DNA of 64,000 nucleotides from Pinctada imbricata (taxonomy: Eukaryota), in contig VSWD01000002.1 in assembly GCA_033119305.1 (NCBI GenBank), forward strand, positions 9,274,974 through 9,338,973, in the 5' to 3' direction. The notes beneath the pieces are model-generated. The model did no database searches and had not been told where the DNA came from. It worked only from the letters and a program-made list of their open reading frames with translations. Below are positions 22,766 through 33,228 of this stretch, in pieces (position 1 is the first letter of the stretch; every line of letters starts with the position of its first letter). The position numbers and the translations under genes were made by a program.

Positions 22766-25179
22766 GTAAATTTTTCGTTGTTTTACAGCTTAAATCTTGA
22801 TGCAATTAAGAAAATCGTCTCAAAAATTATTATCTACTCTTATTTCAATCGATGGCAGTGTTTTTATAGCTTCATTCTCGTTGCATTGAACCGGATTTGG
22901 ACGGCGTCCGAGCTTTCTCTGATGCTTGAGTCACTTCGACCCGGCAAATCCCATAAAAAGAGGCTTCATTTGATAACGGGAACCCACAATAATGTCGTAG
23001 ATAAGAAATTTAATAAGAAGATGCCATGAAATTCATTATTCTGTCATTCTTAACAAAATCAGTCGAAGAAATTGACAAGCCGACTGGGAATATTGCCACT
23101 GGTCATGCATATTCATCAGGCGTTTCGACCCAGTTATCATTCAGCTAACTCATTTGGATAAAACTTGATTTTATATGATTTTTTCAAAGCTTGCTTTACA
23201 TAATTTGAAATTAAGGGATCTGATTATCGTAAATTTCATGCTAACTTCTTGATAAGAGTGTGGGAAATGGCTGCAGTCAAGCAGAACATTTTGTCCCACA
23301 AACCTGGCAAAATGGAAAGGTCAAATATTTAGAGGTCACAGCTGTGTAGAAACATCACACACTATGAGATTGAAACTTGTATCACAGATTCTTCTATTTT
23401 CCACCAAAGCCTGCTTTTGAAAATTTTAAGGACTTAAATTTTGTGTATGGTTGGTTAACCAGGCTATTTCTGCATGTGAATAAATTTGAATGTCTATTTC
23501 GCAACGTAGCATTAGTATTTTGTAATTTGATGAATGCAATTATTGTTGAAGCTGACTATTTATAACAACTTTTATATTGTACATTTTTTTTGTATTCAAA
23601 TGTGTTTTTTAATTTCACACTTAAGACATGTTTAAAAAGTAGATTTTTTAAGGAATATTGATTCTTTATCATTCTTGATAATTAGAGACAGACTATGTGC
23701 TATTTATTTAATTTTTTTTAAAAATTAATCTACTATGTATTTTATATTCTGTCACATTTTATCGTACATTTTTTCATCTATATAGAAAACTTCTAAATCT
23801 TAATTAAGTTCTTAAGGGTCATGTAAAATTTCTTTTGATCTCATTTAAATATTACCTATCAAGTGATCATTTAAATTAAAAACCTAATCTAGTTAATTGA
23901 TTAAATTAGGTTATCTTCTCAACTATCATTCCACAAGTCACTCAACCTTATCATGTTTTTGACAAGAGCACAAGCCAAGTACAACAGGGGTACTGATTGA
24001 GGGTTATGTAAGCTTTACAACAATGAAAACTTGTATTGACTTCACCCTTCAGGGGGTCAAATAAGCAGGTGTTATGTAAGAAGTGTGTTACTTTGTGATT
24101 ACAATGTCTCAGGTAAGATGTGTCCCATAAACAATATGAGGGGGCATATCAAAATAAATTATGAAATGGTTATAAAGATAGGTAAACCTGATGTAAAATA
24201 CTTAACAGCCACAAATGAAACCTTTATGGTGTGATGATTTTAACAAAAACAGGATGTTTATCAGTAAACAAGATTTATGCATCCAGTGCACTTTTGAATA
24301 AACCAGATTTATGTATGAATAAACCAGATTCACTTACGTAAAGGCTGTAGAGAAAGATAATTAGTAAATAGGTTAAAAGAAATACAAAATCATGCCAAGC
24401 AGATGAAGAAACTAATATATTATATATGTCACTTATGTGTAATTTACATGTGCATTTATTCGTAACTCAATACCTGTACCTTGGACCCCGATAACTAAAC
24501 CATTCAAAACCAAATCTGCTTAAATTGATCCAAAACTGTCAAAATCTTGAACATTTAGGTTCATACTAGGCACGTGTAACCAGACAACCTGCCTTTCCTT
24601 GATTTGATGCTTTTTCTTTATGTTTGCATTGAAACATTTGAAAGAAATCCTGTCTTTTAAGTTTGAGGCTGGAATCTGACCAAAATGTACTTCTAAAATG
24701 TGTGGTTTTCAATAAATGTAAACAATGGTTTTTGAAGGAGTGATTCAAAAGTTCTCTAGAAATTTGATGCAAATTTCCTTTAGAGTCAATTCAGTAGCAT
24801 ATCCAAATAAAATCTAAGTGATATATATTGTTGATAAATTCCTATGAAAGGATTAGGTATCATGACCTTGATCCAAGATAATATTTCTCAAGAAATTTTG
24901 CTGCTGGGGGTATTTGTCCTGTGAGGGTAAAATATCTAGTTTTATGATGTTTAACTGATTTCATCAACCCAGTATCATACATGTATTTTGTTTGAATGGA
25001 ACATGTAGAAGATTCAAATTTTCTTGACAGTTGAGAAATGTCTACAGTGGATTTTGTCAGTTTGTTGTGGATGTTTAGGAAATTAAAAGAAAAAAAATAC
25101 ATAAAGTGTCATTTGGTTTCTCAGACTGTTTCGTAAACACTGACTACATGTAACACACTATATGTCGTTCTATTTTTAG

Positions 25180-25362
25180 AACCCTCGGGCGGACAGCTAC
25201 CGCTATGCTGTCACCCCGGGAGGGGAAGAGGTGGGGAAGAAGAAGAAGGGGAAGAAAGCCAAGAAGGAAAATCTCGATGACCTCAAACAGGAATTGGAGA
25301 TGGACGAACATAAAGTCCCCATTGAAGAATTATATCAGAGACTGGAAACAGACCCCAATGTG
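25180..25362 (+). CDS. ATP1A: Na+/K+-ATPase alpha exon 2 (NPRADSYRYAVTPGGEEVGKKKKGKKAKKENLDDLKQELEMDEHKVPIEELYQRLETDPNV)
   Basis: Acceptor tatttttag|AAC and donor GTG|gtaagc; 183 nt, phase 0-0. The lysine-rich N-terminal region and the KENLDDLKQEL / EELYQR motifs are typical of invertebrate Na/K-ATPase alpha. Confidence 0.85.
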
Positions 25363-27895
25363 GTAAGCGCTAACAGTAACATACAATAAAACATAAAGTC
25401 CCCATTGAAGAATTATATCAGAGACTGTAAACAGACCCCAATGTGGTAAGTGCTGACAGTAACATACAATAAAACATAAAGTCCCCATTGAAGAATTATA
25501 TCAGAGACTGTAAACAGACCCCAATGTGGTAAGTGCTGACAGTAACATACAATAAAACATAAAGTCCCCATTGAAGAATTATATCAGAGACTGGAAACAG
25601 ATCCCAATGTGGTAAGTGCTGACAGTAACATACAGTAAAACATAAAGTCCCCATTGAAGAATTATATCAGAGACTGGAAACAGACCCCAATGTGGTAAGT
25701 GCTAACAGTAACATACAATAAAACATAAAGTCCCCATTGAAGAATTATATCAGAGACTGGAAACAGACCCCAATGTGGTAAGTGCTAACAGTAACATACA
25801 ATAAAACATAAAGTCCCCATTGAAGAATTATATCAGAGACTGGAAACAGACCCCAATGTGGTAAGTGCTGACAGTAACATACAGTAAAACATAAAGTCCC
25901 CATTGAAAAATTATATCAGAGACTGGAAACAGATCCCAATGTGGTAAGTGCTGACAGTAACATACAGTAAAACATAAAGTCCCCATTGAAGAATTATATC
26001 AGAGACTGTAAACAGACCCCAATGTGGTAAGCCCTAACAGTAACATACAATAAAACATAAAGTCCCCATTGAAGAATTATATCAGAGACTGGAAACAGAC
26101 CCCAATGTGGTAAGTGCTGACAGTAACATACAGTAAAACATAAAGTCCCAATTGAAGAATTATATCAGAGACTGGAAACAGACCCCAATGTGGTAAGTGC
26201 TGACAGTAACATACAATAAAACATAAAGTCCCCATTGAAGAATTATATCAGAGACTGGAAACAGACCCCAATGTGGTAAGTGCTAACAGTAACGTACAAT
26301 AAAACATAAAGTCCCCATTGAAGAATTATATCAGAGAATTGAAACAGACCCCAATGTGGTAAGCCCTAACAGTAACATACAATAAAACATAAAGTCCCCA
26401 TTGAAGAATTATATCAGAGACTGGAAACAGACCCCAATGTGGTAAGTGCTAACAGTAACGTACAATAAAACATAAAGTCCCCATTGAAGAATTATATCAG
26501 AGAATTGAAACAGACCCCAATGTGGTAAGTGCTAACAGTAACGTACAATAAAACATAAAGTCCCCATTGAAGAATTATATCAGAGACTGGAAACAGACCC
26601 CAATGTGGTAAGCCCTAACAGTAACATACAGTAAAACATAAAGTCCCCATTGAAGAATTATATCAGAGTCTGGAAATAGACCCCAATGTGGTAAGTGCTA
26701 ACAGTAACATACAGTAAAACATAAAGTCCCCATTGAAGAATTATATCAGAGACTGGAAACAGACCCCAATGTGGTAAGTGCTGACAGTAACATACAATAA
26801 AACATAAAGTCCCCATTGAAGAATTATATCAGAGACTGGAAACAGACCCCAATGTGGTAAGCCCTAACAGTAACATACAATAAAACATAAAGTCCCCATT
26901 GAAGAATTATATCAGAGACTGGAAACAGACCCCAATGTGGTAAGTGCTAACAGTAACATACAATAAAACATAAAGTCCCCATTGAAGAATTATATCAGAG
27001 ACTGGAAACAGACCCCAATGTGGTAAGTGCTGACAGTAACATACGGTAAAACATAAAGTCCCCATTGAAGAATTATATCAGAGACTGGAAACAGATCCCA
27101 ATGTGGTAAGTGCTAACAGTAACATACAATAAAACATAAAGTCCCCATTGAAGAATTATATCAGAGACTGGAAACAGACCCCAATGTGGTAAGTGCTGAC
27201 AGTAACATACAGTAAAACATAAAGTCCCCATTGAAGAATTATATCAGAGACTGGAAACAGACCCCAATGTGGTAAGTGCTGACAGTAACATACAATAAAA
27301 CATAAAGTCCCCATTGAAGAATTATATCAGAGACTGGAAACAGACACCAATGTGGTAAGTGCTGACAGTAACATACAATAAAACATAAAGTCCCCATTGA
27401 AGAATTATATCAGAGACTGGAAACAGACCCCAATGTGGTAAGTGCTAACCGTAACATACAGTAAAACATAAAGTCCCCATTGAAGAATTATATCAGAGAC
27501 TGGAAACAGACCCCAATGTGGTAAGCGCTAACAGTAACATACAATAAAACATAAAGTCCCCATTGAAGAATTATATCAGAGACTGGAAACAGACCCCAAT
27601 GTGGTAAGTGCTGACAGTAACATACAATAAAACATAAAGTCCCCATTGAAGAATTATATCAGAGACTGGAAACAGACCCCAATGTGGTAAGCGCTAACAG
27701 TAACAGTAACATACAGTAAAACATAAAGTCCCCATTGAAGAATTATATCAGAGACTGGAAACAGACCCCAATGTGGTAAGCGCTAACAGTAACATACAGT
27801 AAAACATAAAGTCCCCATTGAAGAATTATATCAGAGACTGGAAACAGACCCCAATGTGGTAAGCGCTATAAACAGTAACAGTAACATACAGTAAA
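25363..27895. repeat. Intronic tandem array, 83-bp unit x about 30, each unit being the last 52 nt of ATPase exon 2 plus the first 31 nt of intron 2, including the GTAAGT donor
   Basis: The unit cataaagtccccattgaagaattatatcagagactggaaacagaccccaatgtg|gtaagtgctgacagtaacatacaataaaa repeats immediately downstream of the authentic exon 2 donor. Confidence 0.9.
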
Positions 27896-28143
27896 ACATA
27901 ATGTCCTTTTTTGAAGAAATTCAAGATTCATCATGCTGCAAATTCCAAATTTTAACACCACATGTCATTTCTTCAAAAAGGAGAAAAAAAAAACATGAGT
28001 TAGCACTAATTTTGTTTTAAAGAAATTGGGGGAAAATAGAATATTTTGTTGGAACTTAATGCAAAGTTAAACGATTTATATTATAACTTTTCCCCCAACT
28101 TAAAAATGCCCTTGAATCATGTCATATTAATTCTGCTTTGCAG

Positions 28144-28347
28144 GGACACTCCGTGGAGGAAGCCAAGAGAATTTTGGAAAGAGATGGTCCCAATGAGTTA
28201 ACGCCCCCTAAAACTACTCCAGAATGGGTCAAGTTTTGTAAGCAGCTTTTTATGGGCTTTTCCATGTTGCTGTGGATAGGAGCCATTCTGTGTTTTATAG
28301 CTTACTCAATCCAGGCCTCGGCGTATGAAGATCCACCGGGTGATAAC
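28144..28347 (+). CDS. ATP1A: Na+/K+-ATPase alpha exon 3 ([22 protein letters not shown]...[13 protein letters not shown]; TM1 and first extracellular loop)
   Basis: Acceptor ctttgcag| and donor AAC|gtaagt; 204 nt. Strong similarity to the ARDGPNALTPP...[10 protein letters not shown] block. Confidence 0.9.
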
Positions 28348-28854
28348 GTAAGTCGTTAGGCAAAAATTGACTCTGTGATACTTATAATTATTGTAGATAC
28401 ATGTACTAGATATTTCATGCATTATATGAATATATGATTACTTTTCTCTTGAAAAATCCTTTGGTTCAACACTATTAGAGAAGCGAATATGGAAAAAAAT
28501 GTACAAGTGCAGAATGTAAGGATGATGCTTTTGAGAGGTTCATTACAAATTTGTAAAATGTTTACTGCATTTTAGAGAAAGTTGCGAATTGCTATACCTG
28601 ATTTTATATATATGCATGTAATGGGAAATAAAATCATTGTTTGAATAGTTGTTTAAAAGCTTCTTTGTTGTAGGTTCATCATGATGACTATGTATTATGT
28701 TTTATAATTAATTTGAGTTGTAAATACATGTAACTCCATGCTATAAATGATTACTCTGCCTGGGCTACACCAATCTCAGACTTTGAGAGGGTCCCTGGAT
28801 CAAAGAGAGATAACTCTAGTTTCACTTTCCATAACCGCCAGTTGTCCATTTCAG

Positions 28855-28968
28855 TTGTACTTAGGTATTGTGCTCACTGCTGTTGTCGTAGTTACGGGAG
28901 TATTCTCCTATTACCAAGAAGCTAAAAGTTCTAAAATTATGGATTCCTTCAAAAACATGGTCCCACAG
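28855..28968 (+). CDS. ATP1A: Na+/K+-ATPase alpha exon 4a ([38 protein letters not shown]; TM2), first copy of a duplicated exon
   Basis: Acceptor ccatttcag| and donor CAG|gtagga; 114 nt, phase 0-0. Confidence 0.85.
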
Positions 28969-29474
28969 GTAGGAATGTATTATATTTATACCATGCTAGA
29001 GCACCATGTGAAGGTGTACATCATAGACAAAATGAGAGCCAGAATCTGATTGGACAAAAAAAAAAATACCGCTGTCTCTGATTGGTCTATTCAGATTCAA
29101 AAATAAGGTAATGATTTAGCAAGTATTCGGAATTCAGAAAAAAACTTTAGGTGGCAAAAAGCCATTTCAAAGGATTTTTCTGACAACCAATTTTAAGCCA
29201 TTTCAAAGGATTTTTCTGACAACTGACAACCAATTTCTAGGTTGCCGAGGCTTATTCTTGTAGTCTGCTATTACTATTTGACAAAGAGTCTGAAACCTTT
29301 ATCCAAAATTTGTAGGAAACTGTTCCATCTAAGAATAAAAAGTATATCTTGCGCCCAGTTGTTGCTTTAAAAATCACATGATGGCTCTCATTTTTTGATG
29401 CACACTTTTAGACAGTGCCAGAAGTTTTGCTAAGATTTGAAAATTCACTGGCATGCTTCACGTTCTATTTTCAG

Positions 29475-29588
29475 TTATATTTAGGTATTGTGTTAACGGC
29501 GGTCGTGGTTGTTACGGGGTGTTTCTCGTACTACCAAGAAGCCAAAAGTTCACGAATTATGGACTCCTTTAAAAACATGGTTCCTCAG
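29475..29588 (+). CDS. ATP1A: Na+/K+-ATPase alpha exon 4b ([38 protein letters not shown]), second copy, likely mutually exclusive with 4a
   Basis: Acceptor ctattttcag| and donor CAG|gtaacc; 114 nt. It encodes the same 38 residues as 4a with only 2 amino-acid differences, despite about 25 synonymous nucleotide differences. Confidence 0.8.
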
Positions 29589-31496
29589 GTAACCATTTTA
29601 TGGTAACCACGGTAATGCTGTGGCTGATAGGCTTAACCCTAGCCAATCATGTGCAAGCTCTGTATCTCACTGCTTATGTGTGAAATACTTTTTCTATTAT
29701 TTTATACTTTCGTTTGCAACATGGTGTTGTAATATAGAATGTACTAACAATATTGGAAATGTTCGAAGTTTTATGGTTAGGCGGTATCAGGATTTTATTA
29801 CACATTTATACTTTTACGTATATGCAGTGTGTTTGGTCAGTATTTATCTATGAAATATAAGAAGAACATTTACTATACAATTACTATTCTATGTATAACT
29901 GTATATTTGAATTTGAAATTCATAATGAATTTATCACTTATTAAAAAATGTAGAATAATTTTACCAAAAGAAAGAAACAATATCATGAATATGTACTCGT
30001 AAAATAAATGAATAATGTAAAATCAACCTTAAGAACTTCATGTAGGAATCAAACTAGATATGAAACCAAACAAAATCTTACCTTATAATGTATTAAAACA
30101 AAATGTTATTAAAGTCATGTGTTAGAGCATAATAGGAGATATTTTAAGAAAAATGGATTCAAAATCTGGAGGGAAAATTAGTCTGAAAGAACTAAATCAC
30201 AGACAGGCTGATTTTATCAATAACATTTTCCAGAATTTCAAAATGCTGTATATATTTCATGAAGCTTCACCTATTGATGCATCTTGTATATAAACTTGCG
30301 CTGTTACAAGCAATTGTATAGTAATAATAAAAATTATAGTATACCAACAAATATTTTAGTCAAAATAACGGCTGTATCCTTCATACACTTACTATCGTAT
30401 CTGTTATAATGATATAACTGGCTATAATTACCTAAGCTTTCGGCATTGTAAAAGCTTATCATACCATATGTATATCGCCTGTACAAATACTACAATTCCT
30501 TATTCGTTGTTGTTTAACTTAGTCATAGAAAAGGAATGATAATGATATGATAGAAGAAAGCTGTAGCTTATAGAAAAAAATTCAAGTAACATGGTTTTTT
30601 AGTTGCCAAATTATTAATGTAGACTTTTTTTTTTACCTATTTTGCTGATACGTAAGTCAGGACATCTTTACCTTATATGCAGGTTATGACGCTTACCCAT
30701 TGACAAAGAAACTTAAACTCTTCAAATAATTCATTTCTCAAAGTCAGTAAGTAATGTACATGTATAAATCAATATGAGTGACAGAATTTATCTTTAATCA
30801 TTTTAGAACTCTGGGTCGCAAAATTCTCTTTGTATCTTAGTGCATTGGAGACTTTCAGAATTCAAGAGAGATAACTCCTAAATCTAAAAAAAAAAAAAAA
30901 AAGAAATGTGTAGGATGTGTTCTTCGGGAAAAACTAATTGGAGTATGGGAGGGACTTGAGGGAGATAACATTCGAGTTAGACCCTAAGTGGCCTAGATCA
31001 GGTGCCTTTTTTATTTAGAAGCCATCTTTTCATTTTCTTGAAAGAACTAACATAAAATTGTATGGTCTCTTTGACAAATTTAATATTGCCTAGAGATTTC
31101 TGGCTTTATTAATACCATTACCAAATATGTCTTCCTCTACTTAAATTACAGTACCTGTATACATTCTAATTATGCAGTTACAAAATTATTATAGAGAAAG
31201 CTTTTCAACAAAGAAAATCACAAGCAAGCACTGCACTAGAAGTAATTGGCCTCAAGTAATTATATGAATATAAAAATATTTATCATCATTAGAAATAAGA
31301 AGTACACGGCACCTTAGTAAATAACAGTATACATGATATGTGTATCTCAATATCTCTAATTTACCTTTAAAAACATATATTGTAGAATTCTGTATTATAG
31401 TTATAATTATAGAATCTAACATTTTACCATATTTAACAATCACATCTATGCCGAATTCAACAAATGTTTTAACGGTAACATTGATTCTAAATTTAG

Positions 31497-31631
31497 TACG
31501 CTGTCGTAACGAGAGGTGGAGAGAAGCACAACATTAAGGCTGAGGAGATTGTATTAGGTGACATCGTCGACATCAAGTTTGGAGACAGAGTACCGGCTGA
31601 TGTAAGAGTTATCACGGCACATGGATTTAAG
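31497..31631 (+). CDS. ATP1A: Na+/K+-ATPase alpha exon 5 ([45 protein letters not shown])
   Basis: Acceptor aaatttag| and donor AAG|gtcagt; 135 nt, phase 0-0. Matches the A-domain GDxVExKxGDRxPAD block. Confidence 0.88.
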
Positions 31632-32013
31632 GTCAGTAGTAATTTACCTTGTACCTTTATTTGGCAGTATACAATTCATTTTTTTACATCTTTCTATTTA
31701 CAAACATAGACATGTAGTAAAAACAATTTGCTAAATTTTTAAAGAAATTACATGTATTTTTAAAATTGTGTATATTACCATGATGTGACATGATTGCATT
31801 ACAAAACCTCCTAAATACAATCGATGTTTAGTGATAAGAGAAAAATAATTTGAGCACTGTAGAGATTTGATTTGTTGTTCTGTATTTACATGTAGAAGGC
31901 TGAGACTTCAGAAAAAAAAAAATTAATGACCTGAGGCTGAAAGTAAATTTCTGTTTCTTTTGTGTAAGAAATTCATGTAGAATGTGACATTTTTTTCCCC
32001 TCTTGACTTCAAG

Positions 32014-32131
32014 GTGGATAACTCTTCACTTACTGGAGAATCTGAACCCCAGTCCCGTGGTGCAGACTTCACCAATGAGAACCCGCTCGAGACCAAGAAC
32101 CTGGCTTTCTTCTCTACTAACGCTGTAGAAG
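32014..32131 (+). CDS. ATP1A: Na+/K+-ATPase alpha exon 6 ([40 protein letters not shown])
   Basis: Acceptor cttgacttcaag| and donor G|gtagga; 118 nt, ends phase 1. Conserved TGES motif. Confidence 0.9.
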
Positions 32132-32605
32132 GTAGGATTACAATGTATAAATAGAACGGCTGTAACGTTTAATAGATATTAATAGTATATCAGGGCTCGG
32201 CACCATAAACTTAGAATTGACTTAAGTCAAATTCTCAAATAATGATACATGTATGTTACAAAACAGGGAAAATTTCAAAAATTGAATTCATCCATTCTAT
32301 TCTACTTTGAAGACAAATTACTTGTGTAAGTGCATGTGCATGATGTGTTGCAGTATTAATCTTTGATAAGAATTTTCCAAAATATCTACATTTACATCTA
32401 AACTGCACAAAGTCTTGATTTGTTTTAAAGGCGGGCAGTTTTAATAATGCTGACAATGCAAATATTGTATGGAGACTTAAGTCTTTTTCAATATGTACAA
32501 GATGCATGGGGAAAAAAATCCGCAAAAAAAACCATGAAAATAAACAGATTGTACCTGAAATTTTATTTGCTCATAACATCTGTATTACCTACCCTATCTT
32601 TGCAG

Positions 32606-32874
32606 GTACATGTAAAGGCGTTGTCATTCGTTGCGGAGATCAAACTGTCATGGGTCGTATTGCCAACTTAGCGTCAGGTCTAGAAGTCGGAGAGACGCCC
32701 ATCGCCAAGGAAATCGCTCATTTTATCCATATCATTACGGGAGTGGCTGTGTTTCTGGGGGTGTCATTCTTCGTCATTGCCTTTATTTTGGACTATTTCT
32801 GGCTGGATGCCGTCATTTTCTTGATCGGTATTATTGTCGCTAACGTACCAGAAGGATTACTTGCAACTGTCACC
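32606..32874 (+). CDS. ATP1A: Na+/K+-ATPase alpha exon 7 ([25 protein letters not shown]...[17 protein letters not shown]; TM3-TM4)
   Basis: Acceptor ctatctttgcag| and donor ACC|gtaagt; 269 nt, phase 1-0. Conserved PEGLLATVT motif. Confidence 0.9.
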
Positions 32875-33228
32875 GTAAGTTGACTAAGTCAAGAAAAGAT
32901 GAAAATGAATTTTTGCTGAAGTAGTATTTTTCGTTACACATTTTGGAAACATTGTTTAAGATTTTCATGAAGTTAAAGAATGCTGACTTAAGTCTTGTAA
33001 TCTTGTAATGTTAATATGATGAGGAAAAATTGTCATAGATTTTCTTGAACATGTTTATGAATTTGAAATTAGAATTCCAGAGCAAAGACTTTATACTTTA
33101 ACATGGTAGATATAATTTTCAATCAAGCTAGAATGATCATCTTATACTCTAAACAAGTGTTGACTGTGACGCGATATACATTTATGTTTTTAAGATTTAT
33201 GAAAAATGTGCTTAATTAATTAGCCGAG

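Noticed and set aside
22721-23029. 102-aa ORF starting upstream of the ATPase ATG and running into intron 1
   Set aside because: Only the first 11 codons after ATG 22733 are followed by a consensus donor and join exon 2 in frame. The rest is intronic read-through with no similarity to anything.
25363-27895. Regularly spaced 83-bp direct repeats, superficially CRISPR-like in regularity
   Set aside because: There are no unique spacers; the whole unit repeats, and the unit is a copy of an exon-intron junction in a eukaryotic gene. It is a tandem duplication array, not a CRISPR locus. No cas genes or prokaryotic features occur anywhere in the window.
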